40,097 nt of DNA. It comes from a virus. Its lineage: Duplodnaviria; Caudoviricetes. The DNA is taken from positions 1-40,097 of the IMG/VR virus record IMGVR_UViG_3300012347_000048; one strand, written 5' to 3'. The notes under the pieces were generated by a model. It was not told the origin of the DNA and did no database searches. It was given only the letters and a program-made list of their open reading frames with translations. This document shows positions 31,784-40,097 of the stretch, piece after piece. The first letter of the stretch is position 1. Every line of letters begins with the position of its first letter. The translations under genes were made by a program, and so were the position numbers.

Positions 31784-33277
31784 TCATTGCTGTTCCTGTA
31801 AAGGAACGATCCCGGACAACATTCCTCGCCATGCCATGTTCTCAGGAATCGTAGGAACAGAGCCTTGAGATACGTCTGAGATTAACTTGTTTAGGGAGCG
31901 TTGACGCATAGCACTTTGAAGTTTATCCGCAGCAAAACCTGTACCGCTAACAGCAGCAGCCAAAGCAGGGTTTGTACCTGCTGTAAACGCTGTACCGGCA
32001 GTAACTAACTGGCTACGCTCAGGGTTAAACCGTGCCAATAAAGACAGTAAAGGATCAACAGCAGGGCCACTAGCTACGCTCTTAATGGCGTTACGCTCAC
32101 GCTCTGAGAAGGAACGCATTTTGTCCTTATTGCCCACTAAGTTAATCAACTGTCGGCGAATCAATTCACCTTCAGAAGCTTTAGGATCAAGAGCTTTAGC
32201 TTCAGCAACATTCAAAGCATCCTCAAGCACTGAAGCACGGGAAAGATTTCTCCAGTCCTTTCGAGCATCTTGGACAGCTTTAACAGCATTGCCCACGTTA
32301 CCTTTACCAGCGATAATATCCGAACCTTTTAACTGAGCAATATAACTGTCCAATTCAGCAACAGCTTGTCCCGCATACTTACGAGTAGCTGGTTCCTTAG
32401 CGCCTTTTAAGTCATTCAAAGCAGAGCGCATTTGCTCAAGCTTTGTAAAAGGGACACGCTGAGTTCCGGTCATCTCACGTACTTTCTCAAGCACCTGAGC
32501 AACGGGGCGATGATCATCTAATTTTGAATTGAAATTTTGAGCAATAAGCTTGTCTTCAATTGTATTGAAATTATCCAACACACTCTTAGGCTTAATATAA
32601 ATGCCTTGCTCTTCCATCTTAGAATAAGACTGCTGAGCGCGGCGTTTAATCTCATCTAGTGTCATCAGAGGCTCACGCTTAGCCGAAGCTGATGCGAGTC
32701 CTTTAGCGCCTAACGAACCAGCAACAGTACCAGCGGCTAACCCGGCAATGATAGAAGCGATAGGATTATCTGTAGCTTCCTGAACAACTTCTTGAGTCTT
32801 TTGTGCTGCTGTGCCTCCAGCGCCTGCCGCTACCAATTGTTGAGGCAAGTTCTGACGTAGAGGAGCCAAGGCAGCAGAAGTCCCTGAAAGGGCTGCTTGA
32901 GCAGGAACGCCTGCCATTGCTGAAGTGCCTGCTTGCACTGCACGTTCAAGACCTGTTTCAGGCACTGGTAGACCAACAGCCGTCATAAGATTCTGAATTC
33001 CCTGACTAGGAAGTTCCATTACTTTACGACCAGCGAGTTGGTTAATCCCCGCAGCGACAGGATCAGCCATCATCACAGGGATCGCAGTGGCTCCTGTGAT
33101 GCCTGCTCGTGCGGTTAAGCCTACCTGACGGCCTGTTTCTGATAGCCTAGAGCGTTGTGGTTGTGCTTTGCTATAGTTCTGCTGAGCGTAAGATAGCACT
33201 TGTTCTTGAGTTGCTCCTTCAGGGGCATTAATTTCGTACTCTTTCCCATCAGGGGCTGTAACAACAAATGTCGCCAT
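31784..33277 (-). CDS. Internal virion / DNA ejection protein
   Basis: 497 aa; 'VTAPDGKEYEINAPEGATQEQV' start, Ala/Gly-rich hydrophobic segments; last of three ejection-type genes. Confidence 0.6.
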   Translation of the reverse strand: MATFVVTAPDGKEYEINAPEGATQEQVLSYAQQNYSKAQPQRSRLSETGRQVGLTARAGITGATAIPVMMADPVAAGINQLAGRKVMELPSQGIQNLMTAVGLPVPETGLERAVQAGTSAMAGVPAQAALSGTSAALAPLRQNLPQQLVAAGAGGTAAQKTQEVVQEATDNPIASIIAGLAAGTVAGSLGAKGLASASAKREPLMTLDEIKRRAQQSYSKMEEQGIYIKPKSVLDNFNTIEDKLIAQNFNSKLDDHRPVAQVLEKVREMTGTQRVPFTKLEQMRSALNDLKGAKEPATRKYAGQAVAELDSYIAQLKGSDIIAGKGNVGNAVKAVQDARKDWRNLSRASVLEDALNVAEAKALDPKASEGELIRRQLINLVGNKDKMRSFSERERNAIKSVASGPAVDPLLSLLARFNPERSQLVTAGTAFTAGTNPALAAAVSGTGFAADKLQSAMRQRSLNKLISDVSQGSVPTIPENMAWRGMLSGIVPLQEQQ

Positions 33278-33286
33278 ATTATGTCC

Positions 33287-34480
33287 TTATGGTTGTTTGG
33301 GCTTAATAGACCAAGATCCCGGAGCAGCCTTCTGTTCTGTTTGTGTCAGCTCAGTAGGCACCTCTCGACCCAAGGACTTAAGCCACGCAGCATAATGAGT
33401 TTGAATCTTGCCTAAGTTTTTATCTAACTCTTTCTTGGGTAAACCTACGTCCAGAGAAGCCACCGAAGATTGAAGTGCTTGCAATTCCTGTACAGCAACT
33501 TGACCTAACGCGCCTCCTGTGGGACTGGCATCACGCATCTGTTGCAGACGGTCAAAACCAAGGTTAGCTTTGATCGTTGCGATACGTTCTTTCAAAGTGT
33601 ATGCATCAGTGCCGGGAATAAACGATTGACCTTTACCAACGAGTCCTGTAGTCATTCCTGTGACCAGATTCTTTGCGTCCAGAACATCAGTGATGACTTT
33701 GTTAGCGTGGGAGACAGCCCCTTCTTCTTTCATCAATTTAGCGTCTGCTTTATCGCTTTGCTTTGACTTTAACTCATCAATTTTAAGCTGAGTCATCTGA
33801 CGCTGCAAATCAGTAGTAGCGTTACGGGAAGCAGCCGTGAGTGCGGCCATCTGCTGCCGAAACTCTTGATCTCGCTGCTGCATGGCAGCTTTATCTGCTG
33901 CTTTTTCTCGCTCTAACTCAGCTTTAGCAATACGGTTAGCTTCAGAAGTTTGACGCTTCTCCAGAGTTGAAAAGATACGATCAGGATTACCATATTGACG
34001 CACCACAGCTTCAATATCTTTGTCTGCTGCATCGGAAGGCAAAGCAGCCAGTGCTGAACGTAATTGCTCCTCACGCTGAGAAGCCTGAGTTAACTTAGTC
34101 TCCTCTGCCTGAACCTTACCAATTTGAGCAGTCTGCAACTGCGCCTGACGGGCTTTATCCATGACTTGCAAGGCTTGAGCACCGAAGCCTTGTTGACCAA
34201 GAGCCTGTGCGAGTGCAGTCAAGCCTTCAGGGGTATTTGTATTAGCCTGCCGCATGATGCTCTGCAAAGCAGCAGCCTTAGCCATCTCAGGATCTTGAGC
34301 ACCAAGCAAACCACCAGCAACACCTGCCAAGCGATTACCTGCTGTGTAGAAGCCTGCCTGAGCAGCCTGCATAGGACTCAACTGTGCAAAGTTAGTAGCT
34401 TGTGGAGCCAATGCAGCTTCGCGTTGAGCCATCAAAGACTCTGGAGTAACTCCGAATAAACTATTCATAACTTCAGCCAT
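33287..34480 (-). CDS. Internal virion / DNA ejection protein
   Basis: 397 aa Ala/Gln-rich coiled coil; 'LQQMRDASPTGGALGQV' motif. Confidence 0.6.
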   Translation of the reverse strand: MAEVMNSLFGVTPESLMAQREAALAPQATNFAQLSPMQAAQAGFYTAGNRLAGVAGGLLGAQDPEMAKAAALQSIMRQANTNTPEGLTALAQALGQQGFGAQALQVMDKARQAQLQTAQIGKVQAEETKLTQASQREEQLRSALAALPSDAADKDIEAVVRQYGNPDRIFSTLEKRQTSEANRIAKAELEREKAADKAAMQQRDQEFRQQMAALTAASRNATTDLQRQMTQLKIDELKSKQSDKADAKLMKEEGAVSHANKVITDVLDAKNLVTGMTTGLVGKGQSFIPGTDAYTLKERIATIKANLGFDRLQQMRDASPTGGALGQVAVQELQALQSSVASLDVGLPKKELDKNLGKIQTHYAAWLKSLGREVPTELTQTEQKAAPGSWSIKPKQP

Positions 34481-34489
34481 AATTACTCC

Positions 34490-35464
34490 TTAAAGATAGG
34501 CACCGAGATCTTGATTACCGAAGTAATCGCCTGTGCCCCATCCACCTGTAGAGCTTGCTGCTGTCATCTGAGGAGTACCTGTCATCCAGTTACCGATACC
34601 TCGCATCAGTTGTTGATTGCCAGCAGCACCCTGCAAAGCAGCACCGAAGGGACTGTAGGCATTAGCAGCGTTAGCAGCAGTCTGAGCATTGTAGATAGTA
34701 TTAGCAGCGTTAGTAGCACCTTGAGTGGCACGACCACCAATGTTTAAGCCTAAGTCCAGAGCACCTTGACCTGTCTGTTCCATTGTCTGACCTAAGCCAA
34801 ACTGAGTCTTCAAAGGATTATAACCAGCAGTAGCAATATCAATACCAGTGCCGAACAAACCTGCACCAAACTGAGTCTGAGCACGCCCTTGTTGTTGTGC
34901 TTGAGAAGCCAGATTCAAGTCCTGCAATGCCTGAGCATTAGCAAGAGCTTGCTGTTCGGGGTTAGCAGCACCCATGCCAGTACCTTGAGCAGTAGCAACA
35001 CCACCACGACCAGTATTGAATAGATTCTGTGTAAGACCTGCTTGAGCCTGTGCTCGACTAGGAGCTAACAAAGCCTGCTGAGATTGCATCCACTGCTGTG
35101 CAGCAGCTTCAGGAGACTGAGCCAGATACTGATTACCTAGGTTGAATAAGCCTTGTTGAGCCAACTGAGCTTGTTCAGCAGTCTGGAAGCCTTGACCACC
35201 TGCTTGAGAAAACAGACGATCACGCATTGCTGCAATGTCAGGAGCTACGTTGTAGCCTGCACCGATAACGTTACCGTTAGCGTCTGTGGTAAACTGAGAA
35301 GTACCGAAGCGAGTGGTTACGCCTACGGGACGGAACTTCTGAGCTTCAGCAGCAAGTCGAGCAGCTTCTACGTTAGACTGTGCAGCACCTTGAGCCGCAT
35401 CTGCTTGCATAGAAGAACCTAAGAGGCCTAAACCTCCGCCAATGAGAGCAGCTTCGATACCCAT
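34490..35464 (-). CDS. Internal virion / DNA pilot-like protein
   Basis: 324 aa Gly/Ala/Gln-rich with hydrophobic 'AALIGGGLGLLG' N-terminus. Confidence 0.6.
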   Translation of the reverse strand: MGIEAALIGGGLGLLGSSMQADAAQGAAQSNVEAARLAAEAQKFRPVGVTTRFGTSQFTTDANGNVIGAGYNVAPDIAAMRDRLFSQAGGQGFQTAEQAQLAQQGLFNLGNQYLAQSPEAAAQQWMQSQQALLAPSRAQAQAGLTQNLFNTGRGGVATAQGTGMGAANPEQQALANAQALQDLNLASQAQQQGRAQTQFGAGLFGTGIDIATAGYNPLKTQFGLGQTMEQTGQGALDLGLNIGGRATQGATNAANTIYNAQTAANAANAYSPFGAALQGAAGNQQLMRGIGNWMTGTPQMTAASSTGGWGTGDYFGNQDLGAYL

Positions 35465-35751
35465 TATTTAATCCTCACAAATAGTTGTCTTGTTTGTCCA
35501 TCAGCGCCTACGAAGTCACTGTGGTATTTAAAATCCATCATGTCTATAAACTTTAAGTGTTTGTTGTCATTAAGTTCATGGATAGCAAAGATTGGGCTTC
35601 TATGTATGTCTACTAGCTTATCAAAATCTGCTCTCAATTGTTGCTTAACCGATTTAGACCACCTATAACAATCACAATGAATAAAAGTCATATTGAAACT
35701 ATATTCAAAATAGACAATGTAGTCAGTCGAGTTTATTACAGGTGTTTTCAT
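35464..35751 (-). CDS. Hypothetical protein (possibly GNAT-like, T7 gp13 position)
   Basis: 95 aa from MKTPVIN; located between tail and ejection genes. Confidence 0.5.
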   Translation of the reverse strand: MKTPVINSTDYIVYFEYSFNMTFIHCDCYRWSKSVKQQLRADFDKLVDIHRSPIFAIHELNDNKHLKFIDMMDFKYHSDFVGADGQTRQLFVRIK

Positions 35752-35753
35752 AG

Positions 35754-36425
35754 TTAAGCAGTGCGCTTCCACATCGCTACTGTGATGTATGGAGGTAAAT
35801 TAGCATTAGTTCCGCTCACGCCTGTCACATCCACAGTTACTGAGTGCGTGTGATCACCAACTGCACTAGTTGAAGTATTACCCGCAAAAAAAGCACCTCC
35901 AGCTACATAAGTTAAGCCTGTGCTCCCCGATTCACCTGAACTTGGAACAGTGTGGCTGTGAGCTCCTGCTGCCCCTGTGCTTGCTGTATGTGCGTGGCTA
36001 ACAACAACAGCATCCTTACTTCCCCCTGTTTCTTCCAAGGTATCAAATAAAGCATCACTAGCGTCGATGCCTACAGTAACTCGGCCTGTACCAAAAGCTA
36101 CCCAAGTACCAAAACCAAACAAGGTAGCTGGATTAGTAGACACACTTGCGTTAGTGTAGATAGAACCGACAGGATATAAGACCTGTAAAGCTGCTGCTAC
36201 AAAGGCAGTTGTAGCTAATTGAGTAGTATTTGTCCCCGCCGCTGCTGTTGGAGCTGCCGGAGTTCCTGTAAAGGTAGGACTAACAATATCAGCCTTGGTA
36301 GCTACCGCCGTTGCAATGTTATTAAACTCGGTATCAAATTCAGCACCTTTAACAATCTTTAAAGGATTCCCTACAGCAAGAGAATCCTTACTGGTGAAGT
36401 TAGTTGATTTTACGTAATCAGTCAT
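35754..36425 (-). CDS. Short tail fibre / baseplate-collar domain protein
   Basis: 'FTGTPAAPTAAAGTNTTQLATTAFV', 'YPVGSIY..NPATLFGFGTW', His repeats HAH/HSH/HTH, 'NLPPYITVAMWKRTA'. Confidence 0.8.
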   Translation of the reverse strand: MTDYVKSTNFTSKDSLAVGNPLKIVKGAEFDTEFNNIATAVATKADIVSPTFTGTPAAPTAAAGTNTTQLATTAFVAAALQVLYPVGSIYTNASVSTNPATLFGFGTWVAFGTGRVTVGIDASDALFDTLEETGGSKDAVVVSHAHTASTGAAGAHSHTVPSSGESGSTGLTYVAGGAFFAGNTSTSAVGDHTHSVTVDVTGVSGTNANLPPYITVAMWKRTA

Positions 36426-37981
36426 TATACAATCTTTCCGTTCTTTGCCTGAATTTCAATCTTTTGAATACTTAAAGCAGAACCACTAATGTCCGCTTCA
36501 TAGCCAGTTTGAATAACTTTACCTGCCCCTGTGGGGTATGCTACAAGTGTTTGTAAAGATGTACCTGCTGAATAAATAGCCGTACTAGTATTATACTCGT
36601 TTACACCAAAATATGCAACCCCTTGAGTAGGAATATTTGCATTCTGCGAAGCATAGTTTCCTGTAAAGTCATACCCCCACTTCATTGATACATATTGGTT
36701 AGAACCACCAATAACAACAATGGAAAGTTTCTTTAGTACAGAGGTAACTGAAGGAGCACCTAAGTCAGTATGGTTAGTGAAATACTGGAGTCGGTAGCTC
36801 GTTCCATTATCCTGATAGCCGCTATACTTACCAACATAGCCAGCTTTACCAATTAGGATACTCTTATCTCGTGTGTAGCAAAAGCTTTTAGGCTCCATGC
36901 TATCCCACATCGTTACTCGACTAGACCCGTCCTGCAAAGTTTGCTTCAGATCAAAGCAGTAAACTACTTTAAGGCTCGGTAGTGTAAGTAAGTAGAAGGA
37001 ATCGAAAGGACTATAGACAGACTTAAGTGTAGAAGCTACTTCTCCAGCGACAGCACTCATCAGGTCATTACGTACGTTCTTAGACAGATCCCTGAAAGGA
37101 GCTGACTTCTCTTGAATGGTTCTCAGCACACTGCGAACGCCTGTGTCTGACAAGAAGATAATATCTGAGCCTGTATTCTGGATAGAGTCACGAGCAATAC
37201 AACCAATACCTGTGATGGCATCAGAGATCTTGAACACACCTGCTGAGAGCACATCCTGAGCACCCGAGTACACCAAGATATTGTTCTTACCAAAGATGAA
37301 CAAGTAACCGTTATGTGAAGCTAACCCTGTTACGTTATCTGCGCCATTAGGCCAGACAGAAGATACATCAATAGAGCCTGTAGAGCCGTTAGACCATTTA
37401 TGTCCAGAAAGAATATCAGACCAGTAAACAACTGCTTTCTCTGTGGTTGTATCTGCCACCCATAAGCGTCCGTAGGCTGATAACACAATGTTACCACTAG
37501 GAACTGTACCTACATATCCTGACTTCTCTGACACTCGGCGATATGTTGTAGTGCTTACATTAGGATCAAACACAAGAGGATCATGTCCCGCTTGGAAGAA
37601 ATATAAGCACTCATTGAGCACTGCAATCTGCCAGTTACTGTCTGTGATCGTAGGGGTAATACCGCCGCCTCCATAGGTCAACTCTGACAGAGTGCTTCCT
37701 GAAAGCTTGAATAACTTATTGTTACCGGCAGCTACTACAAACTCAAGGCCTGCGTCTGTCACTACCTGCCCAATAGCTTCTACATCGGCAGTGCCTAAAG
37801 CAGCTAATGTGGAGTGCTGAGTAGTCCATCCCTTGCGAGCACCTATACGTCCATACTGATCAATGATGCAGTTATTAGCCACCAGAGCAAAACCAGAGGA
37901 CAAGTCTAATGACGAATCCTGAGTGTTCAGTCCCATGAAGCCCGGAGCTGTGATACTAAATGTTTGGATTTGCTGGCTCAT
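36425..37981 (-). CDS. Tail tubular protein B / nozzle (allele B)
   Basis: About 518 aa, beta-propeller-like, 'GIGCIARDSIQ..GSDIIFLSDTGVRS'; downstream of adaptor. Confidence 0.75.
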   Translation of the reverse strand: MSQQIQTFSITAPGFMGLNTQDSSLDLSSGFALVANNCIIDQYGRIGARKGWTTQHSTLAALGTADVEAIGQVVTDAGLEFVVAAGNNKLFKLSGSTLSELTYGGGGITPTITDSNWQIAVLNECLYFFQAGHDPLVFDPNVSTTTYRRVSEKSGYVGTVPSGNIVLSAYGRLWVADTTTEKAVVYWSDILSGHKWSNGSTGSIDVSSVWPNGADNVTGLASHNGYLFIFGKNNILVYSGAQDVLSAGVFKISDAITGIGCIARDSIQNTGSDIIFLSDTGVRSVLRTIQEKSAPFRDLSKNVRNDLMSAVAGEVASTLKSVYSPFDSFYLLTLPSLKVVYCFDLKQTLQDGSSRVTMWDSMEPKSFCYTRDKSILIGKAGYVGKYSGYQDNGTSYRLQYFTNHTDLGAPSVTSVLKKLSIVVIGGSNQYVSMKWGYDFTGNYASQNANIPTQGVAYFGVNEYNTSTAIYSAGTSLQTLVAYPTGAGKVIQTGYEADISGSALSIQKIEIQAKNGKIV

Positions 37982-38640
37982 ACGGCCTCCCAAGTCTCTT
38001 CCTCAGAATATCGACTGGATTCAATAGCGATAGCATCAGCTAACGATGCCTTATACAGTCCATAAGCTTCGGAGCTGTTAAGACCACCGTCCTCACCTCG
38101 CTCAACTAAAGCACGAGCAAAAGCACCTAAGATTACAGGCTCAGAAGAAACCATTAAAGCATCAGCATCATTAGCTAGCGCATTTTGAGGCACGTACAGA
38201 TTGAACAGCAATGTTTCTGCTGTTTCAGGGACAGGATACACATCAACTTTAGTGTCCCCTGTCGTAGTAATGCCATTAAAGTTATAGTAAGACACAGAGC
38301 CTTGCTGCAACGTGCTTCCGCTCGTCAGAAAAGCAGCATTAGCGTTGGCAGTAGGTACAGGCGTTAAAGCATGACGAGCACTGTAGTTATACGCATCAAT
38401 AACTTTAAAGCGGGAGCCAGAACCTGTCAAATTGTAACTAAAGACAGAAGCTGTAGTAACAGCAGTGATTGTCGTTGTTAAAGCATTCCAGTTGTACGCA
38501 TCTTCTACTTGGCGCTTAGAATCATTTACCAACTTACCGATAAGTTTAGATAATACGTTTTCTTGGACAGTAGACACGGTAGGCTCACGGAGCCTGATAA
38601 GAACATCATTAACAAGATCTAAATAAGTAGGTAAAGACAT
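37978..38640 (-). CDS. Head-tail adaptor / tail tubular protein A (allele B)
   Basis: 220-aa homologue of 503..1156. Confidence 0.7.
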   Translation of the reverse strand: MSLPTYLDLVNDVLIRLREPTVSTVQENVLSKLIGKLVNDSKRQVEDAYNWNALTTTITAVTTASVFSYNLTGSGSRFKVIDAYNYSARHALTPVPTANANAAFLTSGSTLQQGSVSYYNFNGITTTGDTKVDVYPVPETAETLLFNLYVPQNALANDADALMVSSEPVILGAFARALVERGEDGGLNSSEAYGLYKASLADAIAIESSRYSEEETWEAV

Positions 38641-38653
38641 TGTATCCTTTTAA

Positions 38654-39220
38654 TTACCAAGTAGTTAAAGAAGCACGCTTCCAAGTGTTCGTAGCAACGC
38701 AAACATACACATAACTTGAATCCCATGCAATATCTCCGGCATTACCTGTAGAGGAAGAAGTAGAGATAGTACGTGATGTACGCAGCCGAATAGTGTTATC
38801 GTTCACGTCCAAACGAGCAGTAGGAGCATTGGTATTAAGTCCTAAACCTGTAGTAGTCAATCGTGCGACTTCTGTGCCGTCAATTGCTATTTGAAAGTTG
38901 CTGCTAGTGTCTACGTTGTTGGGATCTATAGAAAGCAAAAAAGCAGGAGATGACTGACGCATCAGGATAACACCTAAAGAGTCATCATCGTCCAGCCTAA
39001 TTTCAGGATTTGACGTAGTCAGATGAAGAAGACTAGCCGGAGAAGCAGTCCCTAATCCTAATCTATTATTAAAATATGTAAGCCCAGAAGAACTGCTTGC
39101 AGTTGTTCCATCAGAACTTAAAAATACCACACCTTTAGGCTCTACAGTAGCAATGTCTAAAGTGATAGTTGCATCATTTAGAGCATCGGAAGAACCGCCT
39201 TCACCTCGATAAATAGACAT
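38654..39220 (-). CDS. Accessory fibre-like virion protein (allele B only)
   Basis: 'MSIYRGEGGSSDA' start, two 'LGLGTASP..LL/LGLNTNAPTARLDV' repeats, C-terminal 'GDIAWDSSYVYVCVATNTWKR'. Confidence 0.65.
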   Translation of the reverse strand: MSIYRGEGGSSDALNDATITLDIATVEPKGVVFLSSDGTTASSSSGLTYFNNRLGLGTASPASLLHLTTSNPEIRLDDDDSLGVILMRQSSPAFLLSIDPNNVDTSSNFQIAIDGTEVARLTTTGLGLNTNAPTARLDVNDNTIRLRTSRTISTSSSTGNAGDIAWDSSYVYVCVATNTWKRASLTTW

Positions 39221-39555
39221 TAAATTCCTTCTTTCTTAAACAATTCAAAGGTACAGATAGTGCTAAAAGAACTTCCAGCTTCGCTTGTCATAACCACTGT
39301 ATCTCCTTCTTCCATCACTACATAAGCCCCTCCGTCCATCCTCACGTATGTCTTAGAACTCACACCGCTATCCATGACATATATGTCACTAGAAGTGCTA
39401 GAATCACGCCAGTAAACAGAAATTGTTTTAGTAGAGCCTGTATTGTTAAACAAATACATCAGTCCCCACTTGGCAAAATAACCAAGAGGAACCGTATATA
39501 CAGTCGTGGGGGTAGCTGCTGTGAGGTTTAAACCTACCGAGACAGGACGTGTCAT
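39220..39555 (-). CDS. Small beta-rich virion protein (allele B)
   Basis: Homologue of 1160..1495. Confidence 0.65.
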   Translation of the reverse strand: MTRPVSVGLNLTAATPTTVYTVPLGYFAKWGLMYLFNNTGSTKTISVYWRDSSTSSDIYVMDSGVSSKTYVRMDGGAYVVMEEGDTVVMTSEAGSSFSTICTFELFKKEGI

Positions 39556-39557
39556 AG

Positions 39558-39728
39558 TTACTTCTTCTTCTTTGCCTTCTTAGGCTTAGTCTTACCCGCT
39601 TCAGACAAAGTGATAGCAATGGCTTGCTTACGGTCAGTCACCACAGGGCCTCCTTTACCACTATGCAGAGTTCCTTCTTTGAACTCACCCATAACTTTCT
39701 CTTCTTTAGTTTTCTTCTTTGTCGCCAT
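39558..39728 (-). CDS. Small basic protein, DUF6496-like (allele B only)
   Basis: 56 aa 'KVMGEFKEGTLHSGKGGPVVTDRKQAIAITLSEAG'; AAGGAG RBS before ATG at 39728. Confidence 0.75.
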   Translation of the reverse strand: MATKKKTKEEKVMGEFKEGTLHSGKGGPVVTDRKQAIAITLSEAGKTKPKKAKKKK

Positions 39729-39897
39729 CACTAGCTCCTTTTGCCTTACGTTTACGGGTAGTAGCTTCAACAGAAGCCTGCTCTTCAATCAGCTCATACC
39801 ATTCAGGATTTAACCTAAAGCTATCAATATCCACTTTGCTCTTAACAACTGCAATAGTCTGAGGACGATTACTTGTCTTCATTTGAAAGCGTACCAT
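39706..39897 (-). CDS. Small hypothetical protein downstream of capsid (allele B)
   Basis: 63-aa homologue of 1497..1673; AAGGAG RBS. Confidence 0.75.
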   Translation of the reverse strand: MVRFQMKTSNRPQTIAVVKSKVDIDSFRLNPEWYELIEEQASVEATTRKRKAKGASDGDKEEN

Positions 39898-39937
39898 ATA
39901 TTCTCCTTTGTTTATTACTCACTATACGTAAGTGATA

Positions 39938-39964
39938 AATAAAAGAGAGCCCCGAAGGGCCCTC
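39938..39964 (-). terminator. Rho-independent terminator after capsid (allele B)
   Basis: Same GAGGGCCC-TTCG-GGGCTCTC-TTTT hairpin as 1718..1744. Confidence 0.85.
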
Positions 39965-39972
39965 CTCAATCA

Positions 39973-40097
39973 TTAGGCTGCCGAAGCGTCCACGATGATT
40001 GGCACAGCGCCGTAGTCACGCAGTTCGGCAACGCCGTACAGAGTGTCAGCAGTGAACAAGTTACCGAGGTATTCTTGTTTGTACTGAGTCTGAGCAC
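39973..40097 (-). CDS. Major capsid protein C-terminus (allele B), truncated by window end
   Basis: ...LGNLFTADTLYGVAELRDYGAVPIIVDASAA*, versus GVGELRDYGCVP in allele A. Confidence 0.9.
   Translation of the reverse strand, partial: AQTQYKQEYLGNLFTADTLYGVAELRDYGAVPIIVDASAA
40043..40097. repeat. 55-bp exact repeat, copy 2 (identical to 1826..1880)
   Basis: The terminal 55 nt of the window match the internal copy exactly. Confidence 0.95.

Noticed and set aside
1826-40042. Integrase/lysogeny module, diversity-generating retroelement, or alternative genetic code
   Set aside because: No recombinase, repressor or reverse transcriptase ORF; all core genes are intact in the standard code.

Overview
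The window holds an essentially complete, circularly permuted genome of a lytic podovirus-type dsDNA phage of about 38 kb. It has a T7-like replication module but no recognisable phage RNA polymerase, integrase or repressor. The two oppositely transcribed arms meet at a bidirectional terminator (~30.5 kb), an organisation like that of SIO1/Zobellviridae-type aquatic phages (family assignment is inference). The + arm (11.87-30.51 kb) carries small early genes, primase-helicase, an endonuclease VII-type nuclease, family A DNA polymerase, tRNA-Leu(TAA), SSB, exo- and endonuclease, ThyX, MazG, a metallophosphoesterase, class I RNR with glutaredoxin, PhoH and a ClpP-like protease. The - arm carries terminases, portal, a collagen-like protein, tail fibre, scaffold, capsid, tail/ejection proteins and lysis genes. 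The last 55 bp (40043-40097) exactly repeat 1826-1880, closing a 38,217-bp circle, while 1-1825 is a diverged second allele of the post-capsid tail module that lacks two genes, so it most likely comes from a co-assembled sister strain. The most notable non-coding signals are three perfect, helically phased DnaA boxes with an IHF site and an AT-rich palindrome between the arms, a TGTWACA motif (mostly tandem, 10-bp period) upstream of four sigma70 promoters, a tRNA with a swapped A54/U58 T-loop, and a 260-nt structured region between the tRNA and ssb. All product calls come from motif recognition by eye; no database search was run.
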